IMG/VR virus record: IMGVR_UViG_2724679352_000002
Location: 1-64,000 of that record
Direction: 5' to 3' (one strand)
DNA: 64,000 nt
From: an uncultured virus (IMG/VR IMGVR_UViG_2724679352_000002)
Taxonomy: Duplodnaviria; Heunggongvirae; Uroviricota; Caudoviricetes
The position numbers and the translations under genes were made by a program. The notes under the pieces were generated by a model that was not told the DNA's origin, ran no database searches, and saw only the letters and a program-made list of their open reading frames with translations. Of this stretch, positions 28,507 through 39,172 are shown in pieces (the first letter of the stretch is position 1; every line of letters starts with the position of its first letter).

Positions 28507-29035
28507 TGAGACAGGCTGGCTAACCCCCACTGCTGACGGCCCCGTTTACGATGAGATGCTGGAGCGCTTATTGAGTCAGTGGGTGAGAGGGGTATCCGGG
28601 CTGCCCGATGGTCACGTTCGCCCACGATGGACAGCCGTGCAGTCACCCATTATGGAGGCTGATGTTAACTGGTGCGGCTTTGGGGTAATCGATATTCCTG
28701 ATGATGCCAGTCCCGCCTTTGAGAACCAAACTGAAAACAGCACCGAGTTATGGCGACACGAAGAAATCGAATGTATGGCGAGTTTCTACGGTCCCAACGG
28801 GCAACGCTATGCAACCCAATTTCGTGACGGCCTGACCATCACCCAAAACAATGACGAACTGGTGAAGATGGGCCTTTCTCTGGCCCGTTACAGTCGCATT
28901 AATCCTTTTCCCGAACTCATTAATAACCAATGGGTTCGTCGTTTCGATATCACTATCAAGCTACGCCGCAAAGTGATCCGCGAGTACGGCATTAAATCGC
29001 TGACCGCCGCTACCGTAAAATTCTTCGGAGAATAA
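28487..29035 (+). CDS. Tail terminator protein (TTG start)
   Basis: GGAGG RBS; VRPRW...FYGP; precedes sheath. Confidence 0.65.
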   Translation: MSNNSSDETGWLTPTADGPVYDEMLERLLSQWVRGVSGLPDGHVRPRWTAVQSPIMEADVNWCGFGVIDIPDDASPAFENQTENSTELWRHEEIECMASFYGPNGQRYATQFRDGLTITQNNDELVKMGLSLARYSRINPFPELINNQWVRRFDITIKLRRKVIREYGIKSLTAATVKFFGE

Positions 29036-29037
29036 CC

Positions 29038-30513
29038 ATGTCGCAGGGATTACCTGTTTCTAACATCGTCAATGTGACGGTGAATATGGCTGTGCGTGCT
29101 GCCATGGCGCGGAACTTTGGTTCCCTGCTGGTAGTTGGCCCATCGCCTGTTATCGATGCTCACGAACGTCTGCGCAGCTATTCCAGTGCGACAGACATTG
29201 CATCTGACTTTGGTCTGACGGCACCTGAGTATAAAGCCGCCAATTTGTATTATCAGCAATCACCACAACCGATTGATTCATTTGTCGGCCGGTGGGTGAA
29301 AGAGGACGCGGCTGGATTGTTGCGTGGGGCAATCTTGAACCCGACGCAGCAGCTAATGGCTAACTTTACCGCTGTTTCTGATGGCTCGATGAAAATCAAG
29401 GTAGATGGCGTCGAAACGTTGGTTGTAGATGTTGACTGGACAGGCGAACTGAACCTTAACGGTGTTGCTGCCAGAGTTGAGGAATCACTTCTTATCGCAA
29501 CTGTTACCTGGAATGGTAGCCGCTTCATCATCACATCTAAAACCACAGGCAAAGACTCGGCAGTAAGTTATGGTTCTGCAAATGCGACCGGTACCGATAT
29601 TTCTGTACTGCTGGGATTAGTTGAGAGTGCGGGAGCGTTACCGGTTCAAGGTTTGGCGAAAGAAACCATTCAGGCCTGCGTTTATAAATTAGCCGACATG
29701 TCTAGCCGCTGGTACGGACTGGTGGTTGCTGACCCGTCATTAAGTGATGATGACGTTATCAGCATCGCATCGTTTATCCAGAGCGATGATGTATCGCGAA
29801 TTTACGGCCACACCACGCAGGTAACGTCTGCGCTGGATGCGGATATTGATACCGATATCGCCAGCACGCTGAAAGCGGCTAAATATACCCGTACGTTGGT
29901 GCAGTATTCCAGCGCCAGCCCGTACGCAGCCGCCTCTCTCTTTGGTCGTGCGTTTACCGTGAATTTCAACGGCAACAACACCACCATCACGCTGAAATTC
30001 AAACAGCAGCCAGGCATTACCGCCGAATCACTCACTCAGTCCCAAGCCAATGCGCTGAAAGCGAAGAATTGCAATGTGTTCGTCAATTACGACAATGATA
30101 CCGCCATCATTCAGGAAGGCGTGATGTGTAACGGCGATTTCTTTGATGAGCGCCACGGCCTCGACTGGTTGCAGAACTATGTCCAGAACAACCTCTACAA
30201 CCTGCTGCATACCAGCACCACCAAAATTCCACAGACGGACGCGGGCGTAACGCGCTTACTGACAAACGTAGAGAAGTCACTGGATCAATCGGTCACTAAC
30301 GGGCTGGTAGCTCCCGGCGTGTGGGGTGGTGATAGTTTCGGCGTATTGGCAACCGGCGACACCCTCACCAAAGGCTACTACGTTTACGCGCCACCTGTAG
30401 CAGATCAGGCACATGCTGACCGCGAGGGGCGTAAAGCACCGGTGATGCAGTCTGCAATCAAGTTGGCCGGTGCAGTTCACTACGCCGATGTCATCATCAA
30501 TGTTAACCGTTAA
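29038..30513 (+). CDS. Tail sheath protein (DUF3383)
   Basis: TLKFKQQPG...DWLQN...LAGAVH. Confidence 0.9.
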   Translation: MSQGLPVSNIVNVTVNMAVRAAMARNFGSLLVVGPSPVIDAHERLRSYSSATDIASDFGLTAPEYKAANLYYQQSPQPIDSFVGRWVKEDAAGLLRGAILNPTQQLMANFTAVSDGSMKIKVDGVETLVVDVDWTGELNLNGVAARVEESLLIATVTWNGSRFIITSKTTGKDSAVSYGSANATGTDISVLLGLVESAGALPVQGLAKETIQACVYKLADMSSRWYGLVVADPSLSDDDVISIASFIQSDDVSRIYGHTTQVTSALDADIDTDIASTLKAAKYTRTLVQYSSASPYAAASLFGRAFTVNFNGNNTTITLKFKQQPGITAESLTQSQANALKAKNCNVFVNYDNDTAIIQEGVMCNGDFFDERHGLDWLQNYVQNNLYNLLHTSTTKIPQTDAGVTRLLTNVEKSLDQSVTNGLVAPGVWGGDSFGVLATGDTLTKGYYVYAPPVADQAHADREGRKAPVMQSAIKLAGAVHYADVIINVNR

Positions 30514-30524
30514 GGAGCTGATGA

Positions 30525-30968
30525 ATGTCAAATACTTATAGTTTTATGGACGTCACCGCCTCCATTGTTGGCGTGGGCGGTTCATTCGATCTGGGTTATG
30601 GCGCCGCTGTTGCCGAAGAGGGGATTACTACCTCAATGATCGAGAATAAAAACACCATGACCATTGGGGCAGACGGTGAGGGCATGCACAGTCTTCATGC
30701 GGGCAAAGGTGGGACGGTAACCGTAAACCTGCTGAAAACCAGCCCCACCAATCGCAAATTGTCAGCCATGTATAACGCGCAGGCGCAGTCGAGTGCTACT
30801 TGGGGCAATAACATCATTCTTATCCGCAACACCGCCAGCGGTGACACGTTTGCGGCGCGGGGCTGTGCGTTCCAAAAACAGCCTGATTTCAATAACGCCA
30901 AAGACGGCGCACTGGTGGCATGGGTATTTGACTGCATCAAAGTTGACCAACTGCTGGGTACTTTTTAA
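30525..30968 (+). CDS. Tail tube protein (DUF3277)
   Basis: GADGEGMHS...LLKTSPTN. Confidence 0.85.
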   Translation: MSNTYSFMDVTASIVGVGGSFDLGYGAAVAEEGITTSMIENKNTMTIGADGEGMHSLHAGKGGTVTVNLLKTSPTNRKLSAMYNAQAQSSATWGNNIILIRNTASGDTFAARGCAFQKQPDFNNAKDGALVAWVFDCIKVDQLLGTF

Positions 30969-30978
30969 GGGGTAATTA

Positions 30979-31377
30979 ATGGAATTTACGATTAAAGGTA
31001 TCGAGTACCGCTCGCAGAAACTTGATGTATTCGCACAGTTGAAAGTCTCCCGTAAGTTATTGCCTTTACTGGCGGGCATCCTCAAAGACCTGCGAAGCGG
31101 TACCGTGACGATTGAAACGGCGTTACCCAGTATCGCCCAGTCACTTTCAGATATCAGCGACGAGGACTGCAACGCCATTATTCACCCTTGTTTGGCGATA
31201 GTGACACGCAAGCACGGCAAAGCCTATAACCCGATCTTTACTGGCGGCGAACTGATGTTTGATGACATTGATCTGATGGCTATGTTGCAAATCGTCGGTC
31301 GGGTGGTGGGTGATTCAATGGGAAATTTTTTGCACGAACTCCAAGAGAGCGCGCCAGTGGCCCCGCCAGCGGATTAG
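30979..31377 (+). CDS. Tail assembly chaperone
   Basis: Between tube and tape measure; T TTT TTG slippery site. Confidence 0.8.
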   Translation: MEFTIKGIEYRSQKLDVFAQLKVSRKLLPLLAGILKDLRSGTVTIETALPSIAQSLSDISDEDCNAIIHPCLAIVTRKHGKAYNPIFTGGELMFDDIDLMAMLQIVGRVVGDSMGNFLHELQESAPVAPPAD

Positions 31378-31568
31378 TGCTGGATACTTTGCCGGGTGGA
31401 GAGGATTTTATCTTACGCCCGGTAAAGTACCAACTCACGACAATGGGGGAAATCAAAAGCGGCAATATTGATTTACTCGACATTGCGCTGCTGAATGATT
31501 ACCTCGATCTGGATGCTGAGAATCAGGCGAAAATAGACAAATGGAGAGCCGACCATGAGCAACGCTGA
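31326..31568 (+). CDS. -1 frameshift extension of tail assembly chaperone
   Basis: -1 frame open from 31326 through the 63-aa ORF. Confidence 0.7.
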   Translation, partial: FFARTPRERASGPASGLVLDTLPGGEDFILRPVKYQLTTMGEIKSGNIDLLDIALLNDYLDLDAENQAKIDKWRADHEQR

Positions 31569-33867
31569 AACAATTAAGGACTTCCTGGTCAGTCTTGGTT
31601 TTGAACTTGATGAGGCGGGGGAGAAGAAATTCTCCGCTGTTGTCGCGGGCGTTACAGCCAATGTGCTGAAAATGGGGGCCGTTGTAGAGGGTGCGGCGTT
31701 GGCCGTGGTTGGCTTTACCACAAAAATTGCCAGCGGGCTTGATAAAATTTACTTTGCATCCGAGCGAACTGGCGCATCGGTAGCGGGTATCAAGGCGCTA
31801 GGTTATGCAGCCTCGCAACTGGGCGTAGATGCTGCGTCAGCGCAAGGCTCACTGGAAAGCCTTGCCAGATTCGTCCGTAACAGTCCGGGGGCCGAGGGGT
31901 TCCTTAATCGCCTCGGTGTTCAGACCCGTAGCGCAAACGGCAGTATGCGCGATACATCGGCCATCTTTACCGGCCTTAGTGCAAAACTGAGCAGCATGCC
32001 GTATTACCGCGCTAATCAGTATGCCCAGATGTTGGGTATTGATGAAAATACGCTAATGGCAATGCGTAAGGGATTGGGGCAGTTCAGCTCGGAGTATGCG
32101 TTAACAGCTAAAAAGATTGGCTTTAATGCTGACATCGCAGCTAAACAATCCAACCGCTTTATGACATCCATGCGTAATCTAACGATGACGGTTGGTCAGG
32201 CGCGGGACAAAATAGGCGCAAATCTGGCTGATGGACTGGCAGGGGATATTGATGCTCTGCGCAAGCAACTTCTCGATAACTGGCCGAAAATTGAAGCGGT
32301 GCTGATGAAAGTTATCAAGGGCATTCTCTGGGCAGGGGATGCGGTTACGCGCGTATTGTGGCGCACCGGTCAGGCTGTCGGTGATGTCATTAACTGGTTT
32401 AAAAAGCTAGACCCGGTCACGCAACAACTCCTTATGTTGTTTGGTGGCTTGCTGGTGGCATGGCGTTTACTCAATACAGCGTTCCTGACGTCGCCAGTGG
32501 GGATTGTTCTTTCTCTGGGTGCAGCGCTTTTTGCCCTGTACGACGACTATAAAACATGGAAAGAGGGCGGGAACAGCCTCATTGATTGGGGTGAGTGGGA
32601 ACCTGAGATAAACGCTGCGCTCAAGGGAATAGATGATCTAACGAATTCCATTAAAGGTGTTGGCGTAGAGATTGCCCGGCTACTCAACATTAATTTGAAA
32701 AACTGGACGCTAAAAGGCGATATCGAGAGCCTGACGAAACAATTCGGCGAGTTCGGCAAAATGATATCGATGATCGGCGATCTGATTAATGCGTTGAAAG
32801 ATGGAAACCTGAGCGAGGTTGGCAGGATTGGGAAAGCGTTATTCAGTCAGGGTAGCGAACAGCCGGATGCCATGCCTGCCGTAACAGATAGCGCGAATAG
32901 TGCCGCTGATTGGTTTAAGGATAAAACTGGCTTTGATCCCAGAAGTGTTGGGCGATGGCTGCGTGGTGAAAATAACGAAGCAGAACCCGATCAGCATACT
33001 CAGCCGGATGCCATGCCTGCCGTAACAGATAGCGATTTGTTTAATGATAAAATCGGCTTTGACCCCAGAAGTGTGGGCCGGTGGTTACGTGGTGAAAATA
33101 ACAGGGCAGAACCTGAACAACATGCCCAGTCAGCGCGTCGGATAAAAAATATTGATCTCCCCGGCACTGTAGCGGGGCAATTCAATGAGACCGTTGAAAA
33201 GATAAAGGGCCAGAAGTTCGCGGATAACTTTACCGATGCCCTGCTGCGATTAGTTAACCGCGCTGCTGAGACCGTCAGTCAGGTTGTTACCCCTGCGGTC
33301 ACGCCGTCAGGCATGACCGCACCTAAACCCTCATCGACTGGAGCTGCTTTACTGGGTTGGTTACAGCCAACGTTCAGTAAGCTTGAAGCACTCTATAAGT
33401 TGCCAGCGGGCCTGCTTAAAAGTGTGGCAATAACGGAATCGAGCGGTAATCAATACGCCCTGTCTGGCGCGGGTGCTAAAGGGTTATTCCAGTTTATGGA
33501 TCCGACAGCTAAAGATATGGGGCTAAAAGGCAATGACGTTTTTGACCCTGAAAAATCCGCCGCCGCTGCTGCTAAATATCTCAACATGCTGCTTAAGATG
33601 AATGGCGGTGATTTGGATAAGGCGCTGGCCTCATATAACTGGGGGATCGGCAATGTCAAGAAGCACGGTTTAGACCTGATGCCACAGGAAACCCGCAATT
33701 ACATTCCCAAGGTACGCAGTAATATGCCTGGCGGCGGTGTGCAGCAGGAAACGAATATTCATATCCATGGCGTCACTGATCCGGTCGCGGTCGGTAATGA
33801 GGTGGCGGGCAGACAGACCGGCGTTAATGCCCGACTCACTCAGCAATTAAACACGGCAACCCGATAA
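31555..33867 (+). CDS. Tape measure protein with C-terminal lytic transglycosylase
   Basis: ESSG...GAKGLFQFM...ASYNWG...ETRNY. Confidence 0.9.
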   Translation: MSNAETIKDFLVSLGFELDEAGEKKFSAVVAGVTANVLKMGAVVEGAALAVVGFTTKIASGLDKIYFASERTGASVAGIKALGYAASQLGVDAASAQGSLESLARFVRNSPGAEGFLNRLGVQTRSANGSMRDTSAIFTGLSAKLSSMPYYRANQYAQMLGIDENTLMAMRKGLGQFSSEYALTAKKIGFNADIAAKQSNRFMTSMRNLTMTVGQARDKIGANLADGLAGDIDALRKQLLDNWPKIEAVLMKVIKGILWAGDAVTRVLWRTGQAVGDVINWFKKLDPVTQQLLMLFGGLLVAWRLLNTAFLTSPVGIVLSLGAALFALYDDYKTWKEGGNSLIDWGEWEPEINAALKGIDDLTNSIKGVGVEIARLLNINLKNWTLKGDIESLTKQFGEFGKMISMIGDLINALKDGNLSEVGRIGKALFSQGSEQPDAMPAVTDSANSAADWFKDKTGFDPRSVGRWLRGENNEAEPDQHTQPDAMPAVTDSDLFNDKIGFDPRSVGRWLRGENNRAEPEQHAQSARRIKNIDLPGTVAGQFNETVEKIKGQKFADNFTDALLRLVNRAAETVSQVVTPAVTPSGMTAPKPSSTGAALLGWLQPTFSKLEALYKLPAGLLKSVAITESSGNQYALSGAGAKGLFQFMDPTAKDMGLKGNDVFDPEKSAAAAAKYLNMLLKMNGGDLDKALASYNWGIGNVKKHGLDLMPQETRNYIPKVRSNMPGGGVQQETNIHIHGVTDPVAVGNEVAGRQTGVNARLTQQLNTATR

Positions 33868-33878
33868 TAGGAGGGTGA

Positions 33879-34460
33879 ATGGATATTCTTTCTGCCATCT
33901 TCCGGCAGCAAACGCGAAAAATCGGGGTACTGGTACCCAGCGTGATTATCTCTGAAAAGCATCAGGACGCGCTGGAGATAACCGAGCACCCGGTTGAGAT
34001 TGGGGCTGCAGTTAATGACCATGCCTACAAACGCGCCGCCGAGGTGACAATGGAGGTGGGTTTTGCGGGTGGCGGTTCACTGCTGGATTTTGCTGACACA
34101 ACAAGTATCGGGTTAAGGCTGGGTAAAAGTCCGGAAGAAGTCTATCAAGAACTCATCGCGCTACAGGACAGCAGGGAGCCAATTGACGTCATAACCGGTA
34201 AGCGGAAATACAGCAATATGCTGATCCGCACTATTGAAGTGACGACGGATAAAACAACTGAAAATGTGCTGATGTGCGTTATGACTCTGCGCGAAGTGAT
34301 TATGACTCAAACTGAATCGGTCATGGTCGCCGACAAAGAGAACATGCAGGATGGGGTGAGCACCTCAGCCATGCAAAATACCGGCACAAAAGCACCGGCT
34401 CCGACTAACACATCAGTTTTGAAATCTGGACTTGATTGGATTAAAGGGAACCTGACATGA
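33879..34460 (+). CDS. Baseplate/tube initiator protein
   Basis: ITEHPVE.GA...DHAY. Confidence 0.75.
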   Translation: MDILSAIFRQQTRKIGVLVPSVIISEKHQDALEITEHPVEIGAAVNDHAYKRAAEVTMEVGFAGGGSLLDFADTTSIGLRLGKSPEEVYQELIALQDSREPIDVITGKRKYSNMLIRTIEVTTDKTTENVLMCVMTLREVIMTQTESVMVADKENMQDGVSTSAMQNTGTKAPAPTNTSVLKSGLDWIKGNLT

Positions 34461-34765
34461 ATATTCAAGAAATCCCGTTAACGGCCAATAACCAGTTTTT
34501 TAATATCACACTTGGCGAAAGCTCACTTAATCTGCGGCTGGTTTTTCGTGATGCAGCCGGCTGGATTATGGACGTGAGGGATAGTGGTGGCGCGGGGCTG
34601 CTTTGCGGTGTTCCGCTGGTGGTCGGCGTTGACCTGATAGAGCAATATCCTGATTTGGGTATCAGTGGTGTCTTTGCGGTGCTCAGTGATGATAGTCGCG
34701 AGGAATACCCGACCAAAACCAACCTTGGCACCGGCAGTCATTTATATTTTGTGCAGAATAACTAA
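34457..34765 (+). CDS. Baseplate protein
   Basis: EIPL...Q.F.I.L...GVPLV.G.DL..QY. Confidence 0.7.
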   Translation: MNIQEIPLTANNQFFNITLGESSLNLRLVFRDAAGWIMDVRDSGGAGLLCGVPLVVGVDLIEQYPDLGISGVFAVLSDDSREEYPTKTNLGTGSHLYFVQNN

Positions 34766-34818
34766 ATCAATCCACTCAATCGAACCCGCCACTGTGCGGG
34801 TTTTTTTATGAGGTTTTT

Positions 34819-35832
34819 ATGAGTAAGAACTGGATACGTCACTTTGAATTGATGTTGTTGGATAACGAAGGTAAGGGGATTAATTTCACTGATTTTAAAG
34901 TGACCTTTAATATTGAGTGGTACAACACTTCCTTTCCTCGTGCGGCTATTTTCAAGATTTATAACCTGTCACAAAATACCATTAACCGGATCACCGGTAC
35001 CGAGTTCTCAAAGCTGCGATTAATAGCCGGTTACGATGGTTCGACCTCTCCGGACGGTCAGAATGAAGATGCTAATTTCGGTGAAATCTTCTCGGGTGAT
35101 ATCCGCTACACGATAACGGGCAGAGATAACCCCACAGATACCTTTATTCTGATCCAGGCTATTGATGGTCATGAGGCATTTATAAGCGCCACAATAAACC
35201 AGACGGTGGCTGCGGGTTATACTGTGGCCGATATTAATAACCTGCTGATGCGTAACCTTGCGCCATTCGGCATCACTCAGGGCATCATGCCGGAAATGCC
35301 ATCAACGGTATTTCCGCGAGGTAAAACCATGTACGGCATGACGCGGGATTATTTGGATAACGTCGCCAAGCAATGCAAAGCCACCTGGCAGTTTGTGAAC
35401 GGCAAGGTTGATATGGTGCCGAACGATAAGTATGTGCATGAGGCTATTGTGCTGAATAGCAATACCGGCTTGATTGGCATGCCACAGCAAACTATCGGGG
35501 GCGGTGTTAACGCTCGCAGCCTGATCAACCCTAACATTCGCTTGAATGGCCTTATTCAACTGAACCAAGAGTCAGTATATCGTGCGACGCTTTCCAGCCG
35601 CGATGTTCAGATGTCAGGTGGCAGGCTTGAAGATCAAAACGATAATGGCAACGTGACCGTAAACGGCCTTGTTAATCCACCGGCCAGCATTGCGACCGAT
35701 GGAGTGTATATCGTCAGAGGGATTAGTTATACTGGTGATACGCGCGGCAACCCGTGGTATATGGACATGATGTGTGAAGCGCGTGGGGCTAAGGATTTGG
35801 TCACTAATGCATCGAGAGAAAGGGGACTGTAA
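34819..35832 (+). CDS. Baseplate hub protein
   Basis: IYNLS, LIAGY, TGLIGMP, GDTRG..WY. Confidence 0.8.
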   Translation: MSKNWIRHFELMLLDNEGKGINFTDFKVTFNIEWYNTSFPRAAIFKIYNLSQNTINRITGTEFSKLRLIAGYDGSTSPDGQNEDANFGEIFSGDIRYTITGRDNPTDTFILIQAIDGHEAFISATINQTVAAGYTVADINNLLMRNLAPFGITQGIMPEMPSTVFPRGKTMYGMTRDYLDNVAKQCKATWQFVNGKVDMVPNDKYVHEAIVLNSNTGLIGMPQQTIGGGVNARSLINPNIRLNGLIQLNQESVYRATLSSRDVQMSGGRLEDQNDNGNVTVNGLVNPPASIATDGVYIVRGISYTGDTRGNPWYMDMMCEARGAKDLVTNASRERGL

Positions 35833-36158
35833 TGAGGTATTTGTGGGTACTAATGTTATTCATCGTTTTGCCAGCGTCAGCTGCCATTCAGTGTGGAGGC
35901 TATCGTCTCACTGGTGATGGTATGACAGTCATTAATGGTGAAACTGTCACCTCACAAAAAGTCACGTACCTCGGTGCTAAAGGTGATGATACGCAGATGA
36001 AAATGGACATGGCTATCATGCCTGCTCGCGATGGCAACATGTACGGTTTCCAGTTTATCAAACGTGATGGCAAAGCCTTTCTAAATGTCCAACTTCTACA
36101 AAATAGTATGGATGCCCCGAAAATTATAGGTTCATTTCCCTGTAAGAAAGTCAGTTAG
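35832..36158 (+). CDS. Small secreted protein
   Basis: Signal peptide ending ASA; two Cys. Confidence 0.7.
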   Translation: MRYLWVLMLFIVLPASAAIQCGGYRLTGDGMTVINGETVTSQKVTYLGAKGDDTQMKMDMAIMPARDGNMYGFQFIKRDGKAFLNVQLLQNSMDAPKIIGSFPCKKVS

Positions 36159-36217
36159 CTAAATAGCTTAGCCCCATCGAACCCGCCACTGTGCGGGTTT
36201 TTTATTGGAGTTTTTCC

Positions 36218-36955
36218 ATGACGGTATCAACAGACTCCCGATCGGGAGAGTTAGCTGAAACACTGCGAACGTCGCAATCCTCTGTGTCGTCTCAATTGCG
36301 CGTGGCGATGCCGGGGATAGTTCAGTCATTTAATGCTGACGCCGTAACATGTGACATTCAAGTAGGCATTAAAGGCGAATCAGGCGGGGAATCAACCAAC
36401 CTCTCGGTGCTAACTAATGTACCGGTCGTATTCCCGCGTGGTGGCGGCGTCACCATGACATTCCCCATCAACGCCGGGGATGAGTGCTTATTGATTTTTG
36501 GTGATCGGTGTATTGATTTCTGGCACCAGTCCGGCGACATACAAGAAACCGTTGATGAGCGTGAGCATGATTTATCTGATTCTTTTGCCATTATTGGCCC
36601 CCAGTCACAGGCAAAGAAAATCAGCGGTATCAGCACCAGTACCGCACAGTTCCGCAGTGATGATGGCTCAACCTATTTTGAAATAAATCCGACAACCAAA
36701 AAAATTAAAATCGTGGCACCTGGTGGCCTCGACATTGTGACGCCTAAAGCGGAATTCTCCGCTGAGGTGCTGGTTAATGGACTGTTCACGTTCCTTGGCG
36801 GGCTGGTGGGTAGTGCGGCGGAGGGCGTTTCTGCGAAAATTACTGGTGCTATTGAGTTTATTGGCACTATTACCTCTAACGGTAAGAAAATTGATGATAC
36901 TCATACCCACAAAGATGTGCAGTCGGGTAATGGCAGCTCTGGCGGGGTGAATTGA
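36218..36955 (+). CDS. Baseplate spike (Gp138/gpV-like)
   Basis: VPVVFPRGGG...GDECL..F.DRCID; C-terminal HTH. Confidence 0.85.
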   Translation: MTVSTDSRSGELAETLRTSQSSVSSQLRVAMPGIVQSFNADAVTCDIQVGIKGESGGESTNLSVLTNVPVVFPRGGGVTMTFPINAGDECLLIFGDRCIDFWHQSGDIQETVDEREHDLSDSFAIIGPQSQAKKISGISTSTAQFRSDDGSTYFEINPTTKKIKIVAPGGLDIVTPKAEFSAEVLVNGLFTFLGGLVGSAAEGVSAKITGAIEFIGTITSNGKKIDDTHTHKDVQSGNGSSGGVN

Positions 36956-36956
36956 T

Positions 36957-37310
36957 ATGCGCTATCGCAGAGAGGACGAGAGCGGCGATTACACATTCGG
37001 GCAGGGTGATAATACTTTTCTTATCGACTCTCCGGATGCAGTTGCTCAGGCGGTGAAAACCCGTTTTGAATTATGGCGCGGCCAATGGTTTTTAGATTTA
37101 ACCGAGGGTACGCCTTATATCCAGTCGGTGCTCGGCAAGCAACGTTCTGACGTTTATATCCTAGCTATCCGTGAGCGGATACTTGATACGCAAGGCGTTA
37201 ATTCGATATTGGAATTTGAAGCTAATTACAACGGCGATAATCGCCGCGTCACTTTCACCGCAACAATAGACACAATCTACGGCATCACAAACGTTACCAG
37301 CGAGGCATAA
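36957..37310 (+). CDS. Baseplate wedge protein
   Basis: GDYTFG...WFLD..EGTPY...DTIYG. Confidence 0.75.
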   Translation: MRYRREDESGDYTFGQGDNTFLIDSPDAVAQAVKTRFELWRGQWFLDLTEGTPYIQSVLGKQRSDVYILAIRERILDTQGVNSILEFEANYNGDNRRVTFTATIDTIYGITNVTSEA

Positions 37311-38498
37311 ATGTTAAACCTTGATACGCTAGGGCTGAATGCAATTGTCAGCGCTACGGGGATAACTGCGCCCGATTTCGAGACTATCCGCAGCACTCTG
37401 GTCAGTTATTTCCAAGAAATTTACGGCAGCGATAGTTATCTTGATGCTGACAGTAAAGACGGGCAAATGATCAGCATTTACGCGCTGGCAATCCACGATG
37501 CGAACAATAGTGCAATTGCGGTATATAACTCATTTTCCCCGGCAACGGGGGTAGGGAATGGCCTTTCCAGTAATGTGAAAATCAACGGTATTAAACGTAA
37601 TAAGGAGACTAACTCTACAGTTGATTTACTGCTCACTGGCAGCGTAGGGTTAGTGATAACCAATGGTGCGGCGCGGGATGCTGATGGTGTGCGCTGGGAT
37701 TTACCGGCCAGTGTGACTATTGGTCTGGATGGCACGGCAACGGCTACGGCTATTTGCTCGGTACCTGGTGCGATTGTTGCACTGGCCAACACGGTGAAAG
37801 AAATAGCAACGCCGACGCGCGGCTGGTTAAACGTCAATAATCCAACAGGAGCCACTCCGGGCAAGCCGGTAGAACTGGATGCAGAGTTACGTGTCAGGCA
37901 AGCGGTATCAGTGGCGCTACCATCGCGCACGGTGCTGGATGGTATCTTGGGAGCTGTCGCGGGAATTGGTGGTGTTGAGCGATACCGTGGCTATGAGAAC
38001 GACACCAGCATTACCGATGGTAACGGCATACCCAGCCACTCGATCTCTATCGTGGTTGATGGGGGTGACGCAACAGAAATCGCACAAACTATCGCACTGA
38101 AAAAGGGGCCGGGTTCCGGGACGTATGGCACCACCACAATCCCGATTAAAGATAAATATGGCATTGTTCACCCGATTAATTTCTTCCGGAAAGGTACCGT
38201 GCGGGTTTATGTAAAATTAGAAATAAAGGCGCTACAGGGCTATACCTCCTCAATTGGAACCGCAATTAAAAACTCAATAGCGGAATATATTAATGAAATA
38301 GAAATTGGTGAGCCGGTGCGTATTAAGCGGCTTGATCTTCCCGCTCAATTAAATGGCAGCATTGAACGGCTGACTTACGATATTACACGATTAGAAATCG
38401 GTATTTCCCCGGTGGCACTATCTGAAAGCAATATCGAGATAGCCTTTAACGACGCAGCAGCTTGTGTGCCGGATAATATAAATTTAGTGGTGACTTAA
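37311..38498 (+). CDS. Baseplate J/gp47 protein
   Basis: E.DAELR.R...YENDT...GIPSHS. Confidence 0.85.
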   Translation: MLNLDTLGLNAIVSATGITAPDFETIRSTLVSYFQEIYGSDSYLDADSKDGQMISIYALAIHDANNSAIAVYNSFSPATGVGNGLSSNVKINGIKRNKETNSTVDLLLTGSVGLVITNGAARDADGVRWDLPASVTIGLDGTATATAICSVPGAIVALANTVKEIATPTRGWLNVNNPTGATPGKPVELDAELRVRQAVSVALPSRTVLDGILGAVAGIGGVERYRGYENDTSITDGNGIPSHSISIVVDGGDATEIAQTIALKKGPGSGTYGTTTIPIKDKYGIVHPINFFRKGTVRVYVKLEIKALQGYTSSIGTAIKNSIAEYINEIEIGEPVRIKRLDLPAQLNGSIERLTYDITRLEIGISPVALSESNIEIAFNDAAACVPDNINLVVT

Positions 38499-39172
38499 TG
38501 AGTGAGACTAAATATCAACGTCTCATCACGTCATATCACAAGAATAAGCCCAAGTTTTACGACCATATATCTCTTATCACCGCGCCACTCCTCGGTATAC
38601 AGCAGACGACAAACCAACTTACAACCGACTTTGACCTCGATAGCTCAATAGGCAATCAAGAGGACGTCGTTGGTCTGTGGGTGGGTATTGGCCGAAACAT
38701 CAGAACGCCAATCACCGACGTCTATTTTTCATTGGATACTGAGGGGCTGGGTTTTGATTTGGGTAGCTGGAAAGGGCCGTATGACTCGTTAACCGGCTTT
38801 ACCCGATTAGACGATGAGACTTACCGCACGATACTGCGGGCAAAAATACAGGCCAACAACTGGGACGGTACAGTCGAAACTCTCAGTGATATCTATCAGA
38901 GTATTTTTCCTGATGGGCGCACAAAGATATTCGCCGTCGATAACTTCGACATGACCATGACCATTTACATTGCCGGTGAGCAAATCTCATCAGTGATGCG
39001 GGAGGTTATTGCGCAAGGGTATTTGGACGTTAAACCGGCCGGTGTCGGCGTTACGAATTACATCATTTCAACCGAGGCCGGGGCGTTATTCGGCTTCGAT
39101 CTTGACAACGAATACTCCTCAGGATTTGACAGTTCGGCGTGGGGTTTATCATTAAGGAAAGCAAATGGCTAA
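38498..39172 (+). CDS. Baseplate protein (DUF2612)
   Basis: FDLD...G.WVG..R...YR.ILRAKI..N.WDG. Confidence 0.8.
   Translation: MSETKYQRLITSYHKNKPKFYDHISLITAPLLGIQQTTNQLTTDFDLDSSIGNQEDVVGLWVGIGRNIRTPITDVYFSLDTEGLGFDLGSWKGPYDSLTGFTRLDDETYRTILRAKIQANNWDGTVETLSDIYQSIFPDGRTKIFAVDNFDMTMTIYIAGEQISSVMREVIAQGYLDVKPAGVGVTNYIISTEAGALFGFDLDNEYSSGFDSSAWGLSLRKANG

Larger units (their letters stand above)
34779..36203 (+). repeat. 28-bp identical direct repeat (terminator) at 34779-34806 and 36176-36203
   Basis: ATCGAACCCGCCACTGTGCGGGTTTTTT twice. Confidence 0.9.
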
